A stretch of 64,000 bases of DNA from contig NC_043005.1 of assembly GCF_006345805.1 (NCBI RefSeq), positions 21,204,001-21,268,000 of the forward strand, given 5' to 3'. The notes beneath the pieces were generated by a model. The model was not told where the DNA came from and searched no databases. It saw only the letters and a program-made list of their open reading frames with translations. The translations under genes were made by a program, and so were the position numbers. Each line of letters starts with the position of its first letter. Position 1 is the stretch's first letter. Below, in pieces: positions 39,413 to 51,974 of the stretch. The stretch is from Octopus sinensis (Eukaryota).

Positions 39413-42400
39413 TGTAGTATTGCACAGGCGTGCCATATTGAGATCTTGCTGGCAGCCATTAGCTGCTTGAGACTAGAGTGAGATCTCACAAACTTCCAGT
39501 GGGTATGCATAACGAGACAGTAAGCCTTTCCGGAAGGAAAGCTATATAAAGCAGGTCTTGAGCTTGTTCACTCTCTTTTCCCACGTGCCTCTCATGCTAG
39601 AAGCAGCTCATCTCACTAGCAGCAATTCACTGCCTTACACATACAACATGGCTGACGATACACTATGCTAGAGATGGTTTACAAGAGCCAAACTTTGAGC
39701 CTGTAAATAAATGTTATTCGGATTTGTTATCTCACTTTGTCTTTGACTTGATACTTCGTTTCACTGGATCTAAATTTTATGATGGGAGACACAAGGTACC
39801 CTACCAATATCTTGGCCAACAATGGCCTCCCATTATAAAAATGGTGACCCCTGAATGTGAAACAAACATGCAAGCCAGTAGACGTACACAGCAACTCGCC
39901 CAAATTTTTATACAGCACTGTTTGTGAATCATTTCACCGTCATTTTCACAGCTAAAATACAACCTGCAGGCCAGACTGTCTCTCACCACCAACGCCACCA
40001 CTATACTGATGTCTCTCCACTGTCACCGTCACTATTTTCATAACGTCAACACACAGCTCTGTTTTTTTTTCTACCACACTATTTGTGAACTTACTTCACC
40101 AAGGGGCTAACAGTGACAACTACATACAGCTAGACACCTGTTGATACAAGACAATTCATATCAGTTGAAGGCGCATGGCTCAGTGGTTAGAGCGTCGAGC
40201 TTACAATCATGAGGTTGTGAGCTCGAATCCCGGACCAGGCTGCATGTTGTGTTCTTGAGCAAGACACTTTATTTCCTGTTGCTCCAGTTCACTCAGCTGT
40301 AGAAATGAGTTGCGACGTCACTGGTGCCAAGCTGTATCGACCTTTGTCTTTCCCTTGGATAACACTGGTGGCGTGGAGAGGAGAGGCTGGTATGCATGGG
40401 CAACTGCTGGTCTTCCATAAACAACCTCGCCCGGACTTGTCTCTAGGAGGGTGACTTTCTAGGTGCAATCCCATGGTCTGTGTTGTGACCGAAGGGGGTC
40501 TCCGAATTCTTTCCAACGTGTACAACTGTCTCTGTGACCACATATAAAGACAAGTCTAAATTACCATTATAAATGGTGAACAGCTACGGAAAAATTTTTT
40601 TTTTTACAGCAGTCAATCCTGAGGACATTCCAAAAACTGCCATCACTACTCCCTTTGGCAGCTTCGAGTTCCTTTTTCTGAGCTTCGGTTTTGCAGAATA
40701 CCACAAGCACGTTCCAGAGATTTATCAATGAAGTTGTTCACAGACTTGATTTTGTGTTCACTTACATTGATGACATACTCATTGCAAGCAACACACGTGA
40801 GAATCATCTCTAACACTTTACTCTTTCAGTGTCTTCGCGCCTACAATGTGCGAATCAACCCCAATAAGTGTGTTTGCGGGCAGTCCTCTGTGGAATTTCT
40901 GGAGCATTATATCGACTCAAATGGTATTAGACCTCTTTCTTCCTAAGTCAATCCAATTCAACGCATCGCACCTCCTTCTTCGCTATGCCAATTTCGCCAT
41001 TTTGGGGAATAGTTAACTTCTATAGATGCTTCATACACAGATATGCAAACAAGCTATTTCCCTTGACTCAGCTACTGAAAAACAACACTAAAAAAGATGC
41101 TCATCTCACTCTCTCAGCTGAGGCATTATCTGCCTTTGAATCAATCAAAAAGGAAATAGCTTCTGTTCCTTTGCTTGCACATCCGGTTCCTGATCTTCCT
41201 CTCTCTTTAACCATTGATGCATCGGATTCTGCAATTGGTGCTATTTTGCAGCACATTGTAGACAATCAGACTAAGTCTTTGGCATTCTTTTCTTGTCGAT
41301 TTCAACCTGGTGAACGTCGCTACAGTACGTTTGATCGTGAACTCTTGGCAATCTATCTGTCAGTTCGTCATTTTCAGCATCAGCTCAAAGGTCGTGACTT
41401 TGTGATTTACACTGATCACAAGCCTCTTATGTTTGCCCTGTCATCTCTATTGGACAAATTCTCACCTCGTGCTTTCCGTCACCTGGATTACATATCCCAG
41501 TTCACGAGTGACATTCGCCATATACCTGGGACAGAGAATGTGCCTGCTGATACACTCTATCATCTCCCTGTCTGTTCAAATTTATCTCCTGCTGCAATCG
41601 ACATGACTACTATTGCGCAGGATCAGCCAGCCCTGGACACTTTGGCTCTAACTTCTTCCAAGCTGTCTTGCTGCAGGTTTGCCTATCTTCCACTCCTTTT
41701 GGCTGAAGGCACAATCCTTCGTGACACATCTACTGGTTCTCACAGGCCACTTGTGCCAGAGAACCACCAACGTCCTGTATTTGATACCCTGCATTCATTG
41801 TCACATCCAGCATCACTGCATCGGTGAAGCTTATCACTGCTCAGTTTTTCTAGCCTAATATGCACTGCATAATCACCACTTGGGCACGCTCTTGTACAAA
41901 GGGCCAGTGTTCCAAAGTCCACAGGCACCTTCGCACTCCACTTGGACAGTTTTCTTCTCCGGAGATCCATTTTCGCCATGTTTACATTGATCTGGTTGGA
42001 CAATAGCATGAGTTGAGGGTTCTCTTACATATTAACATGTGTCGATTGCTTCTCCCATTGGCCAGAAGCCATTCCAATAGTGGACATTTCTACTGAATCA
42101 GTTGCTCGAGCTTTTGTCTCTCACTGGATTGCTCACTTTGGTGTTCCAACCAAAATAACTACTGCTCGAGGACGCCAGTTTGAAGCTTCCTTATTTCATG
42201 AGCTGTCACGAATCCTGGGTGTTCATCGCATTTGTACAACCAGTTACCATCCAGTCTCCAACGAGATGGTCAAATGCTTTCTACGTGCCTCTCCAGATAC
42301 ACAGTCTTGGACTGAGTTTCTGTCTATCGTTCTTCTTGGTTGTTGCACTGCTGTTAAGGCAGACTTGGGTTTCTCTTCTGCCAAACTTCTTTATGGTACC

Positions 42401-43254
42401 ACTCTGGCATTACCTGGTACGAAGTTGGCACATGTTTCACTGCTTTCTGATCCAATGTCGTATGTCACCAGACTTCATTCCTCTTTCTCCAGTCTTCGAC
42501 CCATGCATCCTCATGACCAGTCACCAGCATCTCACATCCCACTGGACATTGACAAGTGGACTCATGTTTTTGTTTGAGATGATTCTGTCAGGGGACCTCT
42601 TCTTTCTCTCTATAAGGGACCATTTCATGTGCTATCGCACACAAACAAAACTTTTACTATCAACATGAATGGTCGAACAGAGACCGTCTCTGTAGATAGA
42701 CTTAAAAGAGCTTGCCCACCTTTGATCCACTGCGATCACCCACACATGCACCTTTGCTCACATTTACACCTTCAGCTTCATCGTTACAACCTACCTCACA
42801 GCCACAACCAAACAAACTTTATGTCTCTAGGACAGGCTGCACAGTTCATTGGTCTAAGAAACTTAGTAAGACTATTTATATATGACATTTTTTTTCTTTT
42901 TCTTTCCAGTGATTTTCTTGTGTGCTGAACATTTCAATGCCTTGACATTGAACTTTGCAAAGATCACTTTGTGCATGTCTCTTGTATTTTGATTGTAATC
43001 AATTTTCTTTTTTCACGTATTTCATTGTGCAACACTTATTGTTATTTGCTCTCACTGCCATTCTCTGCCTTCTTGTGCTCTCCTACAACTTTTTAATTTC
43101 GAACCTGAGTTCTCAGGGAGGAGTCCTTTGTAGTGTCGCATTTGTTATCTCACTTTGTCTTCGACTTGATACTTCGTTTGACTGAATTTAAATTTATAAT
43201 AGGAGACACAAGATACCCTACCAGTATCTTGGCCAACAATGGCCTCCCATTATA
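39413..43254 (+). mobile_element. Degraded Ty3/Gypsy LTR retrotransposon
   Basis: 5' LTR 39413-39837 followed by PBS-like TGGTGACCCC. RT (EDIPKTAITTPFG, YIDD), RNase H (TIDASDSAIGAIL, YSTFDRELLAIY, YTDHKPL) and integrase fragments. Purine tract then a shortened 3' LTR at 43129-43254. Flanks gaat/gact form a 4-bp TSD with one mismatch. Confidence 0.9.
40170..40502 (+). mobile_element. tRNA-derived SINE nested in the Gypsy element
   Basis: A box TGGCTCAGTGG, B-box-like GAGCTCGAATCC, then a CORE-like GTGTTCTTGAGCAAGACACTT block. No tRNA acceptor-stem closure. Confidence 0.75.
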
Positions 43255-43659
43255 GACTTTTGGATTCAAATCTCATCTGAATGCACTTCACTTTTCATAC
43301 TTCTGACATTGATAATGCAAGCATTAATCAGGTCTGAGATTAATTTATTCATATGCATTCTCACTGCAAAATGTGTAGCCTTGTGTTTAATTTAGAAACG
43401 ATTATCATTAATATTGATAATTTCAGCAATAAATATAATTATTCTTGTTGCCACAGGTGAAGGATTGACAGAATTATTTAAGTCTCAGATAAAATGTATT
43501 GTGAAAATTTTTCTGGTTCTAGAATTAAATGCCAATCAACTGTAGACGCCAATTTAATTGCCCAACTCCTGCCTCAAAATTTTGGCCTTTTTTCTTTTAT
43601 GTTAGAAATTATGTTTATTGTTGTTCTTTTCATTCATCTAAATTTTACTTTAATTCTAG

Positions 43660-43896
43660 GTAATCTGATCCAGTTTGTGAAAATAAAAGATGCATTTCTG
43701 GATACATTTGGAAAATCACCATTCAACAAGGAAAATGCAACAGAAGAGTGTGCAGCGAAATGTTTGTCTTACTCAAATTGTTTAGCAATTGAAGTAGATA
43801 ATAAAAATGGGAAATGTTTCTTATCAACAAAATCTGCAGCTTCTTCCAAGACATTAAAGGCAGCGAAAAAGAAAGATTACTACCAACGTACAAAAC
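43660..43896 (+). CDS. Exon A3: PAN/Apple-like domain, type A
   Basis: attctag|GT acceptor, C|gtaatt donor. 237 bp, phase 1-1. Encodes NLIQFVKIKDAFLDTFGKSPFNKENATEECAAKCLSYSNCLAIEVDNKNGKCFLSTKSAASSKTLKAAKKKDYYQRTK. Confidence 0.87.
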
Positions 43897-44819
43897 GTAA
43901 TTATTCTTTGTATTTTAATATTATGATTCTCTTTCCCTCTTTTTCTAAAATTTGTGATTTCACTTGTAATATATAGTATATAGACAACTATTTCTGTAAA
44001 GGCATTGACAGATTTAACTATAAGAACAGACATGATCCTGAAGAAAAAGCAACATTTGGAAGTGTGAATACTGTTAGGACATTCTCATACAGCATTTGTT
44101 CACCTCAAACATTTGATGTTTTCAATCATTGCTTTATATAAGAAAGGAAACTCTTGTTGTATTTCTTAAATCAAGGTGGTGGTTGTCGTCGTCTTCGTGG
44201 CAGCACCAGTGGCATGTGTGTGTGGGGGTAACATTTTCAAATTTTGGCTGAGTGACAGTGTCTTTGAAGAGACGGTGTTAGTCAAGGCCATCACTCCCAG
44301 TTCTTGTCTGGTATAATATTGTGTCAACCCCAAAAGGCAAAGTTGACCTCCATAGAGTGTGAACTTGGAATTTAATGAATCAGAAGAAATACCATGCGGT
44401 GGCATAGCTTAAGTACAGTATCTCACTACTAGTTGCAGTCCTTCATAATCTGGTATGAAAAATAACTGGAAAAGTAATGCCAGTCTACATAGTTATGTAT
44501 CTCCTATATTTTGGCATGTTTACTTGGGATGGACACCCTTCTTATCACCAACCATTATACAACATACAGAGATTATATATTCCCATACAACTGGAGTTTG
44601 AAAAGTTGTCTGCTGGGATAAAAGGATCCTCTCAACATGAAGTAAATTCCTATTCAGAATAGTTCCAAAACAAATTTACCTGTAATTTCTTGCACACTTT
44701 GATCTCAAAGATTTTGTCCTTTCCTATCAAAATCATTAATTCTCGAATCCCTGGATATCAAAGGAAATTCACTAGGCTTAGTGATCTCAATATTAGAATA
44801 CTCAAGAAAAGCCCTTTCA

Positions 44820-45686
44820 TCACAAATACTGGGTTAAACTAAACAGAAAAGAAATGGACAGGGAAAAATCCCAACAATGGCTGAGAAGCTCAGAACTCAA
44901 AGCAGAGACTGAAGGAATTTTAATTGCAGCACGCAGCACAAGACCAAATCCTTCCCACCAGAAATTACCAAAAATATGTAATGAAACGAAATACATGTAA
45001 CTTCAGAATATGTGAAGATGGACAAGAAACAATAAATCATATTGTCTCTGGCTGCTCAGTCCTGGGTGCTAAGGAATATATTCACAGACACGACAGTTGG
45101 AACCTATGTACACTGGAATCTATGCCAACACTATGAAACAACAGAAAAATGATGGTATAGGCACATGCCAGAAAAGGTCACTGAAAATGAGAACACGACC
45201 ATACTCTGGGATATGCCAATACATACAGACAGAGAAATTAAGATCAATAGGCTGGATATAGTTGTCAGAGATCACCATGAAAAAAGAAAACTTTCTAATT
45301 GATGTCAATACCAACTGGTGACAATGTCTCTCTAAAAGAAATGGAGAAACTTTCAAAATACAAAGACCTGGAAATAGAGGTAACTTGAATGTAGAGTCTA
45401 AAAACAGAAACAATTCCTATCACAGTAGGTACATTAGGTATAATAAAAAAATATTCAGACAAATACAAAGCAAAAACACTAGGACTAATAAGTATGTATA
45501 ACATACATGAAATAGCATTACTAGGCACCACACACATCCTACCTAAAACATTTTCAATACAATAAAAATAAGAGCACCACAACAAACCACAGCACATACC
45601 CAAGACACAGACCTGCACTCAGTAGTGCAGTGAAAGCACATGATAAAAATAAGACTACTGAATTATAATAATAATAATAATAATAA
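44820..45686 (+). mobile_element. R4/Dong-like non-LTR retrotransposon, 3' fragment
   Basis: QQWLRSSELKAETEG..AAQDQILPTRNY..FRICE..ETINHIVSGCSVL..EYIHRHD..ILWDMPIHTDREI..KYKDL (zinc-knuckle remnant, RHD motif, REL endonuclease). Ends in (AAT)n. Confidence 0.8.
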
Positions 45687-46048
45687 CAAGAGCACTCAGA
45701 GTGCAAACCCCCACCAAGGCAATACCAACATCCTCTCAATGATTAGCCAGAGTTGATTTTTTAAATGAGAATATCTGAAATAAACTCGACTGCTCTTACA
45801 AACGAGAATACTAAAAATGAACTCGAACTCTCTCAAAAATTAAGTAAAAAATCAAGAAAAATAATCCAGACACCTTGTGCAGTGCCAGATCATCTCCAAA
45901 ATCTAATTAGTTTGTACCAGTCACGTGGCCAAAGATCCTTGAGAGTTTCATCTGAATCCACCCAATGGTTCTTGAGATATCTTGTCCACGGACAAACAAA
46001 CAAACATGACTGAAAACAATAACTCTGCCTTCACTAAGGAGAAGGTAA
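45686..46048 (-). mobile_element. Short non-autonomous element, Helentron/DINE-like
   Basis: ACAAGAGCACTCAGAGTGCAAACCCCCACCAAGGC at one end; (CAAA)n and a CTCTGCCTT..AAGGAGAAGGTAAT hairpin remnant at the other; embedded in (AAT)n. Confidence 0.45.
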
Positions 46049-46053
46049 TAATG

Positions 46054-46088
<35 letters not shown>

Positions 46089-46515
46089 CAGCTTCATCAT
46101 AATTTTGTCAGATGGTTAAAGGGCAGAACCATTAACACACTGGACAGAGTGTTTACAGGCATTTCATCCATATTTATGTTCTGAGTTCAAACTCTGTCAA
46201 TGTTGCCTTTGGCTCTCATCCTTGTAGAGTTGATCAATTAAGTAACAATCAAGTACTCAGGCCAATGTAATCTGTTAGTCGCTTCCACAAAATTTCAGGC
46301 CTCAAAACATTAGATAATTATGTAGAAGTAGCATATAATGAAATTATAAATAAAATATTAGAAAGCCTTCTGGTTCAGTACTTTTTATATGAATAATTTA
46401 TTGTGGAAACACAATCCATCAACAACAATAATTTTCAGAGCATGAAATCCATCTCAAAATTCATTTGAATTAAACAGTAGCTGCACAACATCGTGAAGTA
46501 TATTTGCCACTTAAA

Positions 46516-46733
46516 TGTGGCTAACCCTTGAGGGTGGATGCTACTGTGGCTAACCTTTGAGGGTGGATGCTACTGTGGCTAACCCTTGAGGGGGATATTA
46601 CTGTGGCTAACCCTTGAGGGTGGATGCTACTGTGGCTAACCCTTGAGGGTGGATGCTACTGTGGCTAACCCTTGAGGGTGGATGCTACTGTGGCTAACCC
46701 TTGAGGGTGGATGCTGCTGTGGCTAACCCTTGA
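46516..46733. repeat. 29-bp minisatellite, about 7.6 copies
   Basis: Unit TGTGGCTAACCCTTGAGGGTGGATGCTAC starts at 46516, 46545, 46574, 46602, 46631, 46660, 46689 and 46718 (partial). Confidence 0.95.
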
Positions 46734-47127
46734 AGCTCACCTCATTCTTTAGATTGTAGATAAATTATATGTACATTCTAATTCTGCTGGTGTGCTTTTC
46801 TTTAAGATTAAATGGCCTTAACAACACTTGACAACTTGGGTGACTATCAATTGAACAGTACTTAGACTATACAAAAATTCCCCACTAGTAGAGGAATGCA
46901 CTAATAAATTATATGCACCTTAAATTTTGAAACAGCTTTTCAAATGTTTTTTGAAGATATGCTACAACTCGTATGAATTCTGATTAAGTAGTCATTTTGT
47001 AGACCACTTACTTTTTAAAAATAAATTGTCCATTTAAATCACATTAGACACCACATGTTTTATAATGTTTAATATGTCTGTGTTTGAATATAAATTGTAT
47101 TTCTCGTTTTCTTTCTTTTTGATCTAG

Positions 47128-47361
47128 TTTTTAGTGACATTTTTATATTTAAAAATGCTTACATACCAAAGCATGATACTTTTGGACAACTGAAAAATGT
47201 GAGCTTAGATGAGTGCAAACATGTTTGTTATCAGACTTCAGGGTGTAACTCTTATGAGTATAATGAAATAAATTCGCTATGTGATCTAGGTAATGTAACT
47301 CACCTGACTCATGAACTTCAACACAACAATGAAGGTTGGGATATTTACATAATTAACCCAG
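47128..47361 (+). CDS. Exon B3: PAN/Apple-like domain, type B (not in the ORF track)
   Basis: gatctag|TT acceptor, G|gttagt donor. 234 bp, phase 1-1. Encodes FSDIFIFKNAYIPKHDTFGQLKNVSLDECKHVCYQTSGCNSYEYNEINSLCDLGNVTHLTHELQHNNEGWDIYIINP. Confidence 0.86.
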
Positions 47362-48469
47362 GTTAGTAGAGAGTTTTCATTTATTTCATTGTGTGTGTGT
47401 GTGTGCATGCATGAGTCTGTGTGTGTGTGCATGCATGAGTCTGTGTGTTGGTGTATAATATATATATGTGCATGTACATACATGCATATGTAAAATTTAT
47501 GTAATGTGTACAAGTAGATGTACAACTGCTACTGTTAATTTTGGAGCTCCTCATAGATTATCATGGTCCAGTCTGCTTCAAGTATAATGGTTAAGAATCT
47601 GCTATACTTAGTAGTTGAAGAAATTACAATGAACACAGGTTTACATTATTAGCTCCAATGTACATCTTACCATTGTGGTAGCTTGAAACACTGCTTTAGA
47701 TGTTTTGGTATATTTGAATGCTTAACCAGAATGCATTAAATTGTTGAAAACTACATGCAATAGTGTTTCCTGATGATCCAAATGCACTTGGAATGCAGGG
47801 CTCAAAACAACCATCATGATGAATTATACATAGGAACTAATAATATAAACTTGTGTTTGTTGTAATTTCTCTTTCACCCCCTCCCCACACACAAATTAAC
47901 CCAAAAAGTAAAGTTGATAGGCAAATAGCTTTAATATTTCCATTGAAGTTGTAGAATTTTCATAATTTATTCAGAATTACATTATGAACTTCAATGTATT
48001 ATCATCATTGCTTTAATGTCCACTTTTCCATGTTTGCATGGATCAGACAAAATTTGTTGATGTGAAATTTCTATGGCCAGGTGTACTTCCTGTTGCCAAC
48101 ACTCACCTGTTTGTTTATATTAGTAAAATAATGCTTCATCATGACCAGACGAGCTTTTCATTGAATATTGGAAATAAAGGATATGCTAGTGGAACTCATT
48201 TACAACTAACACAGGATGTCAAGACATGGAGACAATAACACAAAGACACGCACACACACACACACACACATGCACACACCCATATACTTATAGATATGTT
48301 GGGTTCTTTCAGTTTTGTTCTGTTAAATCAATTCACAAGGCTTTGATCAGCCCATGGTTGTAGTAGAAGACATTTGCAGAAGGTGCAACACAGTGGAACT
48401 GAATCCAGAACCAAGTAGCTGTAAACATATATATATACATACATACATACATACATATATATATGTATG

Positions 48470-48499
<30 letters not shown>

Positions 48500-48502
<3 letters not shown>

Positions 48503-48930
48503 ATATATAAAACTGAGAATGTGTGCCTGTCTGTGTGTCTGTGTGAATCCCTAACACTTGAGAAATACTCAACCAATTTCATTCAAATTTTACACATGCA
48601 TTACTTAGGGTCCATGTAGTGTCATGGACAAAAAAATGTTTAACTTCTTGCCTAGGGCGAGCCCACAGCAATATCATATCTTCTCCACTATTTCAGTATT
48701 ATGTGTATTATGTGAAACAAAAACATCTCTCTATTGTAACGTCAGATACTTACATTTTAATAATGAAACTATTAAAGTCAAACTATTATATAACAGGGAT
48801 GAACCATTAACAGTGGACATCCATTTTGCTAGAAGAAGATCTGCTATGGTCTTATATGCTACACCAGTAGTTTTCAATTCATATTAATCAAATTAATATT
48901 CAATTTCTCACCCTTATTATTTTGAATTTA
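48500..48930 (+). mobile_element. Helitron-like 5' segment
   Basis: TATATATAAAACTGAGAATGTGTG-(CTGT/GTGT)n..ACCAATTTCATTCAAATTT, an architecture similar to the start of the element at 58773. Confidence 0.4.
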
Positions 48931-49039
48931 AATTTATATGTATATATAGGGATGTGTATATATATATATATATATATATACATATAGATGTATATATATG
49001 GTTGTGTATATATATATAAATGTATACATGTATGTATAC

Positions 49040-49518
49040 ATGTCGTTCGTGGCCGTTTGCCAGCTCCGTCTGGCCCCGTGTCGGTGGCACGTAAAAGCAC
49101 CATCCGTTCGTGTCCGTTGCCAGCCTCGCCTGGCTCCCGTGCCGGTGACACGTAAAAGCACCATCCGTTCATGGCCGTTTGCCAGCTCTGACTGGCCCCG
49201 TGTCTGTGGCACGTAAAAGCACCATCCGTTCGTGTCCATTGCCAGCATCGCCTGGCCCCGTGCCGGTGACACGTAAAAGCACCGTCCGTTCGTGCCCGTT
49301 TGCCAGCTCTGTCTGGCACCTGTGCAGGTGGCACGTAAAAAGCACCCACTACACTCATGGAGTGGTTGGCGTTAGGAAGGGCATCCAGCCGTAGAAACAC
49401 TGCCAGATCTGACTGGGACTGACGAAGCCTTCCAGCTTCACAGACCCCAGTTGAACTGTCCAACCCATGCTAGCATGGAAAGCAGACGCTAAATGATGAT
49501 GATGATGATGATGATGAT
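49040..49518 (+). mobile_element. Isolated RTE/SINE 3' tail with an internal tandem array of about 60-bp units
   Basis: Repeated GGCACGTAAAAGCACCATCCGTTCGTG units, then TTAGGAAGGGCATCCAGCCGTAGAAAC..CATGCTAGCATGGAAAG..(GAT)n; same layout as 36940-37470. Confidence 0.75.
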
Positions 49519-49529
49519 GTATATGTATA

Positions 49530-50506
49530 GCTGTATATTTCTAATTCAGTGGTACAACAGTCTAACAGTTTTCTTTGACATACTCTTACATTGTGATTTC
49601 TTCAGTGTGGTGCATAAATTGTCAAGTAAATGAGAGGTATCTTTGCCTCCACTGATTCAGTTGCAAAGTGTTGAGTAAAGTTATTTGATTGCAGACCTCC
49701 TTTCAGTCTTTTTATTATCACTGAGTCACACATAGTCCCCAGATGCTAACATTGATTTCAAGGCCTTCCCAGATGAGTGACTTGTTATTCAAAGACATTT
49801 ATAGATTGTAAATTTATTCTGTCCAGCTACGTATCATTATAGTGATTATTTGCAAACTCCAGAGGTGACACTTTCATTTCTCCTTAGCCCTCACGTCACA
49901 CAGTTGTTAATGTTTATTTCAGATGGGTCATGCCCTTCCAATTGCTATAGATTCATAATGCAATTGCTATAGATTCATAATGCCTGTCACCTGGATGGTG
50001 ACAAATACTACATTGGGAGTGGTAATGACTAGGGTAGGGTAGCTGACTGCTTATTGTGATCATTTGTCTTTTGGTTTCCTGTAGCTTTGCTCTCTTTTAC
50101 AAACCCAGTGAACATATATTTCCTATTTCAAAGAAATTCAAACAAAAGATATAAGACCCAAGTTAAAAAGAATCTCAACAATTCAACTTCTCTGCTTGAC
50201 ATTAAGATGCCCATCCCCAACAAGGGCCTTAACTCTCACATTTTAGAGCTCCATGACCTTCATTTTTCTGGGGCAAAATCTTTTTAACAGGTTCCATAAG
50301 ACTGGAATTTTGGAATATGCACATAAAAATCAGTAGATACATGTGGCACGATTACAATTTTTTTAGGGTGTGTAAAGAGAGAAATAACCCTCATCTGCAA
50401 TTTTGATGAAATTCGAAACAGATATTCCAGTTCATTACAGAAAATATAACAGAAAAGTCTAATTCTTCAATTGAATGTAACATGGGCAACGCTGGGTATC
50501 TCTGCT

Positions 50507-50508
<2 letters not shown>
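49530..50508 (+). mobile_element. Non-autonomous Helitron-like element, 3' part
   Basis: Ends GGGCAACGCTGGGTATCTCTGCTAG|T. Inverted homolog of 1875-2830, which explains the near-identical ORFs 2104-2304 and 50087-50287. Confidence 0.65.
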
Positions 50509-50544
<36 letters not shown>

Positions 50545-51149
50545 CTCTCTTTTATATATATATATATATACTCCCTTTTATGTACGTCATTGTACATAAA
50601 AGAGAGTAACAACTTAAAATCGCTGGACATAGAACAAAATCCATTAATGATGTTGAATGGATAAAACTGAGTAAATTAGTAGCCTAGATATTTATTAACC
50701 AAAGCTGGCTAAAACTTGTTGATGTCACGCTTTGGTTTACATGAAGTTGGTAATGATGTTGGTTATAAGCAAAATCAAATGAAGTGGATAGGGAACAAAA
50801 TGACATTCCTTGAAGGTATTGGGGTTTGTATGAACGGGGTGGTATAACTACTGCTGACAGGCACTGGAACTACAAATACTAAAATTACTAAAACATTTAT
50901 GCATGAATCCCCACAAAATGGTCAGGCACTATTGCATATACATGCTTTCTAATTGGTCATTATTCACACTCACATGTTGGCACCCAGTTGAATATTCTGT
51001 AAACAAATTCTCTCACATATACATACATACACACAACCTCACAATAGAGATATATCAATACACACATGCACACATATGTATAAACATTAAAACATACATA
51101 CCTCTCCAACACTACCCTCCTCACCAGCACCCACCATTGACCATATCAC

Positions 51150-51450
51150 ATCACCGACTCCTTCACCTGCACTTCTACCAATATCATCTATTGCATCTCC
51201 TGCTCTCTCTGTACATCAGACAAACGGGATGCCGCTTGGCTGACCGGTTCGTGGAACACCTCCAAGACATTCGCCTCTGTAATGACAGCCTGGTCTCACA
51301 CATTTCCGCTCTACTGGTCACTCTTTCCAACACCTGTCTGTCTTCGGATTGTCCTTGCACAGAAGCCATCCAGACTCCCGTTTGCGCCGTAAACAGAGAT
51401 TAATCTTCTCTCTTCACTCCTTTGCACCACGTGGGCTCAACTCGCCTCCC
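51150..51450 (+). mobile_element. Penelope-like GIY-YIG endonuclease fragment
   Basis: LYIRQTGCRLADRFVEHLQDI..VSH resembles the PLE consensus YIGETGRxLxxRxxEH. Confidence 0.65.
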
Positions 51451-51974
51451 CTCTTCATCTAACCTCCTCTCCTTGCCTCTCTCCCCCTCACTCCTACTTC
51501 CTCCCACCCACCTCTCCTCTCTTGCTCCAACTCTTATCTTCACTCCTACTTCTCTTCACCCCTACTCTGTCTCTCTTACTCTCTTTCTCTTTTCTCTCAT
51601 ACCCATCTTCCCCTTCTCCCTTCATCGTCAACCCTCCCCCCATAAGCCCACCCCACCCCTACACATTCCTACCCCACCTTCCCTATCCTTCCCATCCCAT
51701 CCCTTACAACCTCTCCCACATACCCCACCTCTACCCCACCCTCTGGTTCACCAGTCCTCAGTCAAATCGTCCAATCCATACATGCATCCATCCAGCCAGC
51801 CATACCTACATACATATATGCATACATGTATGTATATATTTGTACCTGTATAATAATTTTCTTTGATTTGGTTCACTTAATATCTTTTCTTGTAATATTA
51901 TCATCATTTGCTTGTTCTCATCCTCCTCCTAACATGTGCATACCATTGTTATCAATTTCTGTTATCTATTTCAG

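Noticed and set aside
40170-40235. Possible tRNA gene
   Set aside because: It has A and B boxes but no proper acceptor-stem closure, and continues into a SINE body inside a Gypsy element.
46516-46733. CRISPR-like array of 29-bp partly palindromic repeats
   Set aside because: Repeats are head-to-tail with no unique spacers, there are no cas genes and the context is eukaryotic; it is a minisatellite.
47770-47812. CTGATGA followed by a TCCAA/TTGGA hairpin, a possible hammerhead
   Set aside because: No GAAA box in the right position and no convincing stems I or III.
49040-49350. Repeat-spacer-like pattern (GGCACGTAAAAGCACC units)
   Set aside because: The intervening sequences are similar to each other and the array is part of the RTE 3' UTR.
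51422-51866. Pro/Leu/Ser-rich ORFs that could be a mucin-like exon
   Set aside because: Low-complexity C/T-rich tract next to a Penelope fragment, with no clear splice sites and no paralog in the other units.
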